Position numbers and translations under genes: made by a program. The notes below the pieces were generated by a model. The model searched no databases. It saw nothing but the letters and a program-made list of their open reading frames with translations, and was not told the origin of the DNA. 64,000 nt of DNA from Blastocladiella emersonii ATCC 22665 (Eukaryota; Fungi; Blastocladiomycota): the NCBI GenBank assembly GCA_025594325.1, contig JANHCV010000010.1:620001-684000 (forward strand), in the 5' to 3' direction. Positions 48,844 through 59,114 of the stretch are shown here, piece after piece (position 1 is the stretch's first letter; each line of letters begins with the position of its first letter).

Positions 48844-50156
48844 ATGAAACGAATGAATAACATCATGCAACGCAAACGGCTCGCGGTCCCGGACGTGCTC
48901 GACGCTATTTTGACATTCGCCGTGCACAGCCACGACTCCGTCGACCTGGTCGCCATGGCACAGTACTCACGCGTGGCGCCGCGGAGCTGGTGCCCCGGTG
49001 TTTACCGCGCAATCGTGGACCGTGCGACCTCCATCTCTATGGATTGCGCGAGCGCGCTCGGCCGGCTGGACATTCTCAATCTGTGGTTGCGCTCGGGGAA
49101 GCCGCTCAAGTACACGGCGTGCGCCATCAAGGACGCCGAGGAAAGCTACTCGACGCTTGACTGGTGGCGCCGTTCGGGGCTCAAGCTGCCGCATTGCGAG
49201 GTCGGCATGATGACCGAGGTCCACTTTCGGGGCTGTCTGGGCCGCGGGGTATACGTTTGTTTCGTACACTAAGGTTGTCGCAAGCCCTAACAGCATCGGA
49301 CCTGCAGACTCTTTCTCGCGGTATCTTCCATCAAGGCGACCGTCGGATCGAGCGCCTTGTTCCCGCCATCGTCGGTGGCGGCTTGACCGCCGTGACGATC
49401 GAGAAGCTGCGCGTCACCAGCGATGGTATCACGGCACTTTCGAACGCTTTGGCTAGCCGGATTCAGAGAGTCAACTCGGTCACTTTGAGCTTCTGCGATC
49501 TCACGTTCCCGCTCATCGCCGCGCTCCGGCTGCCAAACTCGGTCAAGAAGCTGACGCTGAGCGGAAGCTGGATTGGGGAGGGCGTGCCTTGCGATCTTAT
49601 CCAAAGCGGGCCTCGCGATCTCGCCAGCGGCTGCAGTTCTCTCGATTGCATCTTCCCAAAGCAGCTCGCCAGTCTCAACATTTCCTACTCTCGCTTCGAC
49701 GACGACCCTGGAACCCTGCTCCGCGCGCTTCCGAGCTCACTCAACTCGCTCAATCTTTCCGGAACCATGCTCAGAACCGCCGCCATCCAAAGCCTTGCCG
49801 ACTCGATGCCTCCCACGCTTAACACGCTCAAACTCCGCGAATGCTACATCGGATCGCACGCCCTCATCATTTTGGGGCCGTGCCTTCCGCTGAGCTTAGT
49901 CGAACTCGATCTCACTTCGAACGACCTGTACGGTGACGAGGGCATTGCCGAGCTCAACCCGAGCCGTCTCACTCAACTCGCCTACCTTCACGTCTCGTCC
50001 AACTTGCTGGGCTGCGCGGGCGTCACGGCGCTTCTGGAGCGAATCCCGAGCTCGCTTAACAAGCTGCACATCTCGGGCGTCCGGGTGTGCTGCATTCACC
50101 TCCACTCCATTCACCTGCAGCGCTCGACACTCGAGGTGATTGCTGACGGACTGTGA
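48844..50156 (+). CDS. Ankyrin-like (LDWW..SGL type) + RNI-like leucine-rich repeat protein; probable intron 49249-49307; 3' end uncertain
   Basis: MDCASALGRLDILNLWLRSGKPLKY...LDWWRRSGLKL; LRRs LASLNISYS, LNSLNLSGTML, LNTLKLRECYIG, LVELDLTSNDL, LAYLHVSSNLLG. The GTATAC...CTAAC...CTGCAG intron restores frame. Confidence 0.7.
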
Positions 50157-50509
50157 GAGCGGATGTGGGAGGTCGCAGACGTTCAAATGCTGCCCTTGTC
50201 GTTGCGGAGATGATTCTCAGCTGTATTCCAAGTGTCATGTTCATCTGATTCTCAACCGAGGGCTTCGTGAGGCACCCATCAACGCGAGCTCAGCTTCGCG
50301 GTGCCCCACATTATCAGGGCCGCGCGACGATGGCTTCGGCGACCGTGGTCGCGGCCATGGTCAGGCACACGACGAGCTGAAGTGGGCTGTCTTCGACGAG
50401 GATCACTCAGATGTCAATTTTTCAGCATCGAGGCAGTTTTATCACTCATACATATCACAAACCAATCACAACTGCACTCGAGCCACAGGCCACACGGATA
50501 CGCGGCCGC

Positions 50510-50932
50510 TTAGATGCGGACCCAGGTCTTGGCGTCGGGCGGGAGCGGGGCCGTGTTCCCCTTGGCGCCCGAGAAGCTGACGGTCTTGCACCCCTCGAGG
50601 CGCGAGATCTTGACGTCTTTGGACTTGATCGCGCACGTCCACGTCTGCGAGAGCGTCCACTGTGGGCTCATCCAGAAGCTGACGGTGAGCGCGTCGGCCT
50701 TGGCGTCGTACGACCAGTCGCCCGAACCGCCCGCCTCGACGCACGGGACGCGGCTGCAGCAGATGTCCGACTTGACCACGAGCTTGCCGTCGGCGCCGAA
50801 GGTCGCCGTGTGCGTGCTGCTGACCTTGTACGTGACGGGGACCGGGAACGGGCCCTTGGCGGTAGCGGGGGTGGCGGCGGCGGTAGCGACGAGGGCCAGG
50901 ACGAGAGCGGCGAGGAAGGCGATGGCGTTCAT
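50510..50932 (-). CDS. Small secreted Cys-containing protein (140 aa), paralog of 55386-55796
   Basis: Signal peptide MNAIAFLAALVLALVATAAA; strong codon bias; 5 Cys. Confidence 0.85.
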   Translation of the reverse strand: MNAIAFLAALVLALVATAAATPATAKGPFPVPVTYKVSSTHTATFGADGKLVVKSDICCSRVPCVEAGGSGDWSYDAKADALTVSFWMSPQWTLSQTWTCAIKSKDVKISRLEGCKTVSFSGAKGNTAPLPPDAKTWVRI

Positions 50933-51028
50933 GGTGGTGGTGTGGGACTTGGTTGTCGGGAGGATCAGGGGGAGCGTACTTGGCTGACGGGTGAGGCTCA
51001 GACGGTTTGAGGGCGGGGAGCGGCCAGG

Positions 51029-51036
51029 CTTTATAG
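51029..51036 (-). promoter_or_regulatory. TATA box (CTATAAAG) ~97 nt upstream of the 50932 ATG
   Basis: ctttatag on +; an equivalent motif lies at 52313-52320 upstream of the 52236 gene. Confidence 0.6.
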
Positions 51037-51932
51037 GGCTAGAGTCGCGTTCTGACCTTGAGCCTCACAGGACCAGGACGGTTACGCCTCGTGGCAATGC
51101 CGGCTCGCTTGGCACGCGCTCGCTGCGGTTTCGTCGGTCGCGACGCGTGTTGCAGCAAGTGCACTGGTGATCCGAGTTGAAGCGAGTCGGTGGCCGAAGT
51201 GCAACGCGGGGAGGAAGCGCTGTCCATGAGTTGCAGGATCCCGCGTTTTGAGTTGGTGGCGCAGCACACACACGCGTGGAACCAGTGCCTCCCTCGCAGC
51301 CCACGCTGTCAGTTGCAATGCCCGCGTTGCGAGAGAATTCTTTCAAGCGGGGGCGCGAGGGCACACGGGGCGAAATCAGGCGCCGCCGATGCGGCGGTCG
51401 GCCGGCCGCGGCTCGGGTCGCAGGACGAGCGCCCCGTTTGAGCTCCTCGCTCCGCACGTTTTTTTGACAGTACGTTTTCTCGCATTGCTCCTCATGCGAG
51501 ACGTGCAGCAGATGCGGTGCTGCGGATGGGGCCGATCCGGATCATCGCCCGCCACGCGGGCCGCGTTGCGTCATGTCGCGTTTCAGCCTCACGTGAGATG
51601 ACCGGCGCGCCTCGTGTGTCTGCTGGCTTGCCTTCTCCCTATTTGCCACGTCATGCTCAAAAAGACGAAAGACTAGATGCAACGAGTAGGATGAGCTCCC
51701 ACTCTTGACACCCGCCGTCTTGGGCACAGCATTTTGACCAGCGCTCTGTCCCACTGTTGGGTACTGCGTCCGCTTGCGCGCAGAATTGGGCTGCTCAAAT
51801 TCTCCGCTGCTCACACTGAAACTACGAGAAACCAGTCATATACAAGAGATCGACGTTTATACAGCTCTCTCCACGCCATCTAAATCATCCAAAATCGCCG
51901 GATCTCTTGGCTGAGCGCCCGACTCTGGTACT

Positions 51933-52236
51933 TTAGGGCATCGGGGGGTCGTCGTGGCAGATGCGGTCGCAGATGTCGTAGCAGTCGTCGAGGCAGCCGC
52001 GGTCCGAGCCGCAGCGGTCGTCGCAGTTGTTGGCGCACTGGATCCAACACAACTTGGGGCCTACGAAAGTGACGCCGTGAAGAGTAAGCGCTCGGCAATA
52101 GACAAGTCGGAGTGCTCAGGATCGACGTACGAACGATGCCCTCGGTGCCGACCTCGGTGGCGGGCGCGGCAACGACCGTGGTCGCGGTGAGGCCGAGAAC
52201 GGCGGCGAATGCGAAGAGGATCTTGGCAGCGTGCAT
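51933..52236 (-). CDS. 77-aa secreted 8-Cys peptide (CX3C repeats); intron 52061-52130
   Basis: Spliced product MHAAKILFAFAAVLGLTATTVVAAPATEVGTEGIVRPKLCWIQCANNCDDRCGSDRGCLDDCYDICDRICHDDPPMP*; GTACGT...TTTCGTAG intron; upstream TATA. Confidence 0.82.
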
Positions 52237-53299
52237 CTTGCCTATGGGTTGGTTCGGGAGGAGCTGGTTATCGTCTACGAAGAGCTTGACCTTGCTGCGA
52301 GGGGCCCCGCGCTTTTATAGGCCACCCGGCCGCCTGTTCCATTGCGCGTGCTGCGGGTCGGTGGAACCGCTGCATTACCGCTGGAAGTTGCGCGCAAGTC
52401 TGCGAGTTCCTATTAACGACCGCGACCGACCTTGCGCACGCGAGCGCGAGTCGAATGCAGGAGGATAGGTCGCGCGCGAGCGCTGAACCAGGCGCGTAAA
52501 CTGTAAGAGTCGCGCGCCGGATATGTCCTCGTGATGGGAAATTTAAATCACGAGAGCCGCGGGCGTAAATAAGTCGCATATTGCGGCCCCAGTGACCCTC
52601 AACTGGTCCCTTTCACCGCCTGTCGCATCGGCACACCTCGCGTGGAGCGCGCGAGAAACGGGCCACCCAGTGACAAGATTGGTCGCGTTCATGCGAGCGT
52701 GCTTGATCTGGAACACCTGCTGAGCTCGAACGTTGCCCCGCAACGCGGCGGCGACCCTTTGCGTGCACGCGCAAACTCTTTCAATAGGACTGGGGCTTTG
52801 CACCAGAACGAGGGATTCGGAACCTCACTCATCTCGCAGGCCCACGTTGACCGCGGCCCATTTTGACTTCGACGGGATCCAGTTCGTTCATGCAATTCAA
52901 CTCGGATGCACGAGCCATGGTCTCGGCGGGCATGTGCAAGTTCCGACGCGCCGCGCCACTCACATGACCACCTGCGAAACCCATCAACGCTCGCTTCGGC
53001 GATCGCACAGCGGGCTGACAGCGGTGCTGTCGAGTCAAATTTGAGGGCCGCAAGCGGGACACCGCGCTGGAGTACCGACCTGCCCTTGGCTCCGACGCCT
53101 TGCGCGCCCTTACGTTCACTCCACTCGTGTTCAAGCCTTAGACGAGAGACCACTTGAGGTCAATAGTGAATCATGCATCCCATCATGTTGCAAAAGATCA
53201 AGTATTACGAGGATAAACGCATCACAACATCTCGTCCACGGACTTGGCGTTCTCGCCTTCCTTGTCGACGTCGGACCCGCTCGCAGCAGCGTACTCGGC

Positions 53300-54457
53300 G
53301 GCCATGACCACGAGCGAGCGACGCCAGCGGAGGAAATAGAAGCTCGGCAGACTGACCGTAATCACGGCAATGATCCACGCCACGACGGCGGCCTACGGGA
53401 ACGCCATGAGCGGGGTAAAGATCGCGCCGAGCAAGGCGTAGATCGAGAGAGACGACGTGCCAAGAATGAGCGGACCAATGGCACCCGCAGACACGGCCTC
53501 GCCACTCGACAGCCACACGGAAACGACGTGGTCAGGATCGCGGGAAACATGGACGCGATGCCACCCGCCCACGACGAGATGCTGCCCAGAAGAATCGCGG
53601 TGCCTACGCGTGGTCAAGCGGTGACGTGAGTTTGAATCGCAGCGAGGCATCATAGAGGGGGCGCGTACCCATCGAGGCTGCTGCGAACGCGCCACGTGAG
53701 AGCAGGACGTGCGCGGGGGCGTGTTGGGTGCTGCGCGGAGCCGGTGCAGGGTGCAGACCCGCGAGTATCCCAGTCCCGACCTGGACCGCCGTGCAGCCGA
53801 CGCCGATGAAGAACGTGGCGGCCACATCTGGTGCGAGGACTGGGGTATCGTCAGAGGATGAAGCCACGCTCACGTCGATGGGCGGTAGGATGGCGCGAAA
53901 CAGTCCGACGAGAGCAGCAGCGAAGGCGACCCACAGCGTGATGGTGATCAAGAAGACGACGGTTAGGAGCCGGTACAGCGACAGGTCGGGGTATCGGCGG
54001 CGCATCACGGTCGGGAGCACCTAGAGAGGCGAAAGAAGCGTTAGCGCGAGCGGGTGCTACGCGTCAGGTTATGAGCCGACGTACTCGCCACAAGAGAAGA
54101 TAACTACAGTCAAAGAAGAGTTGAACGTTAGTCGCTGACTATTCCGCCACGGAACTCGGCGAGTACGCACAAGCTGTTGATCATCATCCCAATGGGCACG
54201 GACGCCATACTCTTCTGGAAGTTCTTGAGCCCAGACAGCGTCATACCGGCGCTATCAAGCAACAGCGCGCCATGGTCGAGATCGAGGTCGCGAAACTGAA
54301 GCCAGAATCCGATCGAGGCGGGGACGACGCCGTGCGGCACGCTGCCAATCACGCCGCCGAGGATGCCGCCAAACTTTTCAATGGCGACAGAGACGAGGAT
54401 GCTCACGATGCCGCCGGATACGGCGGTGAGCGAGGCAGTTGCAGCAAGTGGGAGCAT
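53300..54457 (-). CDS. Multi-pass membrane protein of unknown function, several introns; 3' boundary approximate
   Basis: GGIVSILVSVAIEKFGGILGGVIGSVPHGVVPASIG; LLTVVFLITITLWVAFAAALV; FFIGVGCTAVQVGTGIL; GPLILGTSSLSIYAL. Confidence 0.6.
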
Positions 54458-55385
54458 GGTTTCGGTTCACGGCGTTGATCCATATGAGGTTACTTTGGCG
54501 GGCGTGGGAGAGAGTACTGCTGGTGCGGGACAGCGGCGGTTTTTGACAGGGCTCTCAGGGTCCCTGCTTCTGTTGCAGGGAGTCTTCCCGTTTCATTCGC
54601 TTCGTCTGGTGGGGAATCGGAGCGTCGTGGGAGCGAGCTCTCGCGTCAACAAGCGCGGAGTCGCAAATGCGAGTCATGAACAGGTGACCGACGCCGCGGG
54701 TGAGGCTGGCCTTGGCGACGGCCGTGGCGCAGCCAACGGATCGGTGATGCAAGTGGCTTTGCTGTCGCTCGCAGCTTCTCACAGCTCTCCGACGCGACGA
54801 GTCCCACCTGATCGGCACGGGGTGAGAGTGTATGCACTCTGACCAGCCATCATGTCGAGCGCAGGGCAAAGTTGATACTCTCTCCCTTGGTTCACCGTGA
54901 CCTACTCTTGCAAACTCGATGGAGCTCATGGAAAACCGACCCGGCGCCGTCGCCGCTGCAGGCCTGAGCGGCCTTACGACGGAACTTGTTGCTGCCGTCT
55001 TGCGTCTCGCGCTTCTGCACGCCGCAGTCGCCGCGGCAGCTCTCAGGTCGCGCTTGCGCGGGTTCTCGTCAAGCCTGAGATTGCTGGCATCAAAAAGATC
55101 GCGTAGCTCAAGGATGTTGTAACTGACCCGTCGATCACGCTCAACGGATCAAAACTGTGCGCGGGGCTCGACAAATCTTTCACAGCCAAGTTGAGAAGGT
55201 TTTGGATGAGAATCGCAAAGAGAAACTGTATTGACTCGTTTTGGGCCGCACGGCAGCCAGATACACACTCGTGACACACTTACACGCGAGGATGAGGAGT
55301 TTTGAGGAAGTGGAGGGATTAGGGAGAGGATAGAATCACGCCGACACACGAGTCACGGACGATCTTGTCGCCGTCTCGTCGAAAC

Positions 55386-55796
55386 TTACTGGCGGGTCCA
55401 GGTCGGGGCGTTGGCGGGGAGCGGGGCCTTGTCGGCCTGGGCGCCTGAGAAGCTGACAAGCTTGCAGCCGCCGAGCACCGACACGTTCATGTCGCGCGAC
55501 TTGGTGGGGCACGACCACGTCTGGGCGACTGTCCATGACGGGTTGATGTACATGCGGACGGTCATGGCGTCGGCCTTGGCGTCGTACGACCAGGTGCCGG
55601 AGCCGCCAGCCTCGAGGCACGGGATGCAGACGCAGCGGATCGTCAACTTGATGGTGAGCTTGCCGTCAGCGGCGAAGGTGGCCGAGTGCGTGTTGCTGAC
55701 CTTGTAGGTGGCCGGGACCGGGTACGGAGCCTTGGCGGCAGCGACGGTGGCAACGAGGGTCAGGACGAGGGCGAAGAGGAAGGCGACGGCGTTCAT
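55386..55796 (-). CDS. Small secreted protein (136 aa), paralog of 50510-50932; TATA box disrupted by a Helitron2
   Basis: MNAVAFLFALVLTLVATVAAA; colinear with the paralog including the 5' flank. Confidence 0.85.
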   Translation of the reverse strand: MNAVAFLFALVLTLVATVAAAKAPYPVPATYKVSNTHSATFAADGKLTIKLTIRCVCIPCLEAGGSGTWSYDAKADAMTVRMYINPSWTVAQTWSCPTKSRDMNVSVLGGCKLVSFSGAQADKAPLPANAPTWTRQ

Positions 55797-55901
55797 GGTG
55801 GTGGTGAGGGGGACTTGGTTGTTGGGAGGTGCAGGGCGAGGTTACTTGGCTAACTGGTGAGGATCAGACGGTTGGAGGGCCGGGGCGCGGCTGCTCTTTA
55901 T

Positions 55902-57910
55902 TCTCAGCAGTAGGCTGAGTTTCTGTGGAGCTGAATTCGCGCTCAAGCTGGGCCATTTGGCATGCCTGACTTTTCTGCCACTCCCATCAACACGCGTCGC
56001 GACGCGTCTCGGTCGAGCTCGAATAATCTTCTCCTCAATTTTCTCCAAATCCTCTTAATAAATCTACCCTCTAACTCTTTTCAACTCAACTAAAATCGTC
56101 TGGGGCACAGTTCGACGTCGAAATACTCTCCGTGTACCTGACCTCTCACTCTTCACGCTGCTCCTGCGGCCACTGTGCATGTCCTCTACATTTCCTCCGT
56201 CCTTCATGTCCTACGTGGGCATCCACACGCTTCCCTGACGCTTTGATTTAATTCACCGCTTGCGCGTATTGTGTCTCGCGTTTTTTTGTCTCGCGTCTCC
56301 TGTCTCGCACTCGTGGCGTGCGCGAGACACATCGCGTCTCTTGTGTCTCACTAGCACGAGACGCGCACGAGATCTCCATGGTCGGCGCCGAGCTGTTCGC
56401 CGCAATGCACTTGCGCTTCGACGCGCTATACCCGAGCCGCGACCATCCTCCGTTTGGCGGCCTGCACGTCCTTGCGTTTGGCGACTTTTTCCAGTTCGAG
56501 CCCGTCATGGCCCGCTCGCTCACGGTTCCATCTGAGCAGCCAGTCGAACGCGCACCCAAACCCGAGGTGGATGCAGCTCATGATGGCGACTCGATGCAGG
56601 TCGACGGCGAGCCTCAGCAGCAGCAGCAGAAGAAGCGCGCGTCCAAGCGCAAGGAGCGGCAAGCGGTCAGCAGAACTCGAACTGACGCCAACATTGGTCG
56701 CGATCAGTGGCTCGCCTTCGACTCGGTCTTCTTCCTTGTGCAGCAGATGTGGCAGTCAGGCGACGAGAGCTTCCTGAACGTGCTCCAGGACCTGCGCAAC
56801 TGCATTGTCTCGTAGCGCGTGATTGAGTACCTCGGCTCGCGGCGAGCAGACGTCCTACTGGGTCAGCACCCAGGCCAGCTCGACGACTGGAGCGACCAGG
56901 TCCTCATCACGGCGCAGAACTCGGTGCGCGACGCGTGGAACTCGATGGCCGCCGCGAAACACGCGCGTCGCCTCGGTCTCCAACCCGACGAAATCTTTGA
57001 CCTCGAGTGCGTCGATCTCGTCCGCAAGCCCTCCACAACCGGACCACTCCTTTGGCGGCAGCTCGTCATTGAGAGCAGCGGTCAGAGCGAGAGCGACCAG
57101 CGCATGCTCAACTTCGCAAAACTGCTTCCCTCGAGCAAGACGGACCACATCCCGTCTACCCTCAAGCTGTTTGCTGGCGCGCGTGTCATCGTGACGCGGA
57201 ACATCAACACGCCGTACGTCTCCGCGTCATATTCGCCGGCCATTAGGCGCATGGACTCACCAGCGCTTCCTCGCTTCGCATCGTGTAGTCGCCGCATCGT
57301 CAACGGCGTCATTGGCCGTGTTGAACGCTTTGCCACCGACGCGAACAACGACATTGATGCAGTCATCATCCGGCCAAAAAGGATCTGGGTCGCATGCCCA
57401 AGCTACCCAGGATCCCCAACGACTACTTCCCGCTGCGCCGCAAGATCGCCTCCTTCCGCCTCAAGAACAAGGTGGCCGGCACATCCAAGACGATCCATCG
57501 AGCCCAGTTCCCGCTCGAGCTCGCGTACGCGCTGACGGCGCAAGGCCCAAGGAATGACCCTTGAAAAGGTCATCGTTGATCTCGCCGACATGACGCGTGG
57601 ATCGTTACCGTCGCGCTTCCTGTACATGATCCTATCGCGTGTACGGCGCGGTGACGACATCCTGATCCTGCGTGATCCAGGTATCCAAGGCCTGAATCAA
57701 ACACAGGATCAACATTTACTTGCCGAGTACGCTCGACTGCAAAGTCTGGCGGAGGCAACCACTACCTAGTCCTTAGCTCATTAATACTTAGCGATTTTGA
57801 CACGTCATTCACTACTCGCCTTTCAACGCGGACGGAACTTGACGTCCAGCATATTTTCAAGCCAGCCTAGTCGCCTACTGCTGAGACAGAGTGTGCAAAG
57901 CACACACCCC
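55902..57910 (+). mobile_element. Non-autonomous Helitron2/Helentron-type element (2.0 kb) carrying the C-terminal half of a PIF1 helicase
   Basis: 14-bp asymmetric inverted repeats TCTCAGCAGTAGGC (55902-55915) / GCCTACTGCTGAGA (57873-57886); 5' hairpin CTCAGC-agtag-GCTGAG; 3' hairpin GTGTGC-aaa-GCACAC (57891-57905); T on both flanks, no TSD. Helicase motifs EISMVG, FGGLHVLAFGDFFQFEP, QMWQSGD, QFPLELAYALT, AQGMTLEKV, LYMILSRV, with stops and frameshifts; likely intron 57214-57288. Confidence 0.9.
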
Positions 57911-58890
57911 TAGTAGTGTCGCGGTCGGCTAGCATGCAGGTGTGCACCGCTCGCCATCAACCGTGCTCGACGCGACGCGTCGCTAGAAGGTTGGACCACT
58001 CGATGCGGCCTCATTCAGCGGTGAGATTGGGAGCAGCAGTGAGCCGAAACGAGTGAGTTGGACCTGCCGATCCTGCATCCAGGTCGTGCAGAACCGCTGA
58101 CCGCAGAGCAGCCGTCGACTCCAAAATGCAGGATCCGGTGACGGGTTGGTCGGTGGTGGCTCAGCGCGTGCACGAGCCGAGATTGGGTGGCCCACGCTGG
58201 CCGCGCTGTGCTCGAGCTACGCCCAACCTTGGCCCAACTCGGAAAGTCTGCACGCAGCGCGAAATGAGCCTCATCAATTGGCCTCCCCTCTAGTTTGATG
58301 GAAGCCAGAAAACGCGCTTCCGGTGAAATGGGTCACCGTCGATGCGAGCTTAGCGCTACAACTTGAACACGTCGCATTTGAGAAGCTGAGTTTAAACGAG
58401 CTGGTGTAGAAGCCATCCGAGAGCGACCTCGTTTGGGCCCTGCATGGTCGCGGGTCCAGCTCGCACGCGTCGCCCATGATCAGCACGCGTCACATGATAT
58501 CTCGACGCGTCTCACGACTGTCTCTCACCGTTTCGACCAAATCTTTTTCAGGTCACCACCCACCGACTTGCACCCTCGCACTCCCGAGTCCTCTTGCAAA
58601 CTGTTGGCTGTGCCATGCATTGCAAACTTGGCACCGCGCATGACTTAGTTTCAATGGTCAAGGGAGCCGTGCGCAGTATTCTGGAACGCATGTCGGCAAG
58701 AATTTCTTGCTGCTGTGAGTGATTCAAGGCTAGAGCCGTAACCCGCATGTAAACCGTAAGCGGCGCACGCACAAAAATGCGCACTGCGGCAAACCTTTTT
58801 CACTGTGCAACATCGTGCCCGTTCAGCCTCGCCTCTTGTACTGCTTTCACGCTCTTTGCGTTCGAGCATCGGCTCAAGATTGCCACCACA

Positions 58891-59114
58891 ATGGAGCACA
58901 TGGAACCCGGCGACTTGCCCAGTTTGTCCAACCTTCCGGTGGAGCTCCTGGAACAAGTTGTGAGCCTCACGGCTCCGAACGTAGCACTTGCTGCGTCATC
59001 GAGGGAGCTCGCGATGGCCGCTCAAAACCCTCGCGCGCTCCCGCGTTGGCTTTTCCGCGCTTGCGGCGCAGACCAAGACGATGCGGTTGCGCAGCAAGCT
59101 GGTTGGACTATGGG
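58891..59114 (+). pseudogene. N-terminal fragment of a fourth F-box-like family member, truncated at the hAT insertion
   Basis: MEHMEPGDLPSLSNLPVELLEQVVSLTAPNVALAASSRELAMAAQNPRALPRWL aligns with MKHMQ...LPFDLFEHVVALALPRAAVAAASAAARDAATGPHALRPWV. Confidence 0.65.
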
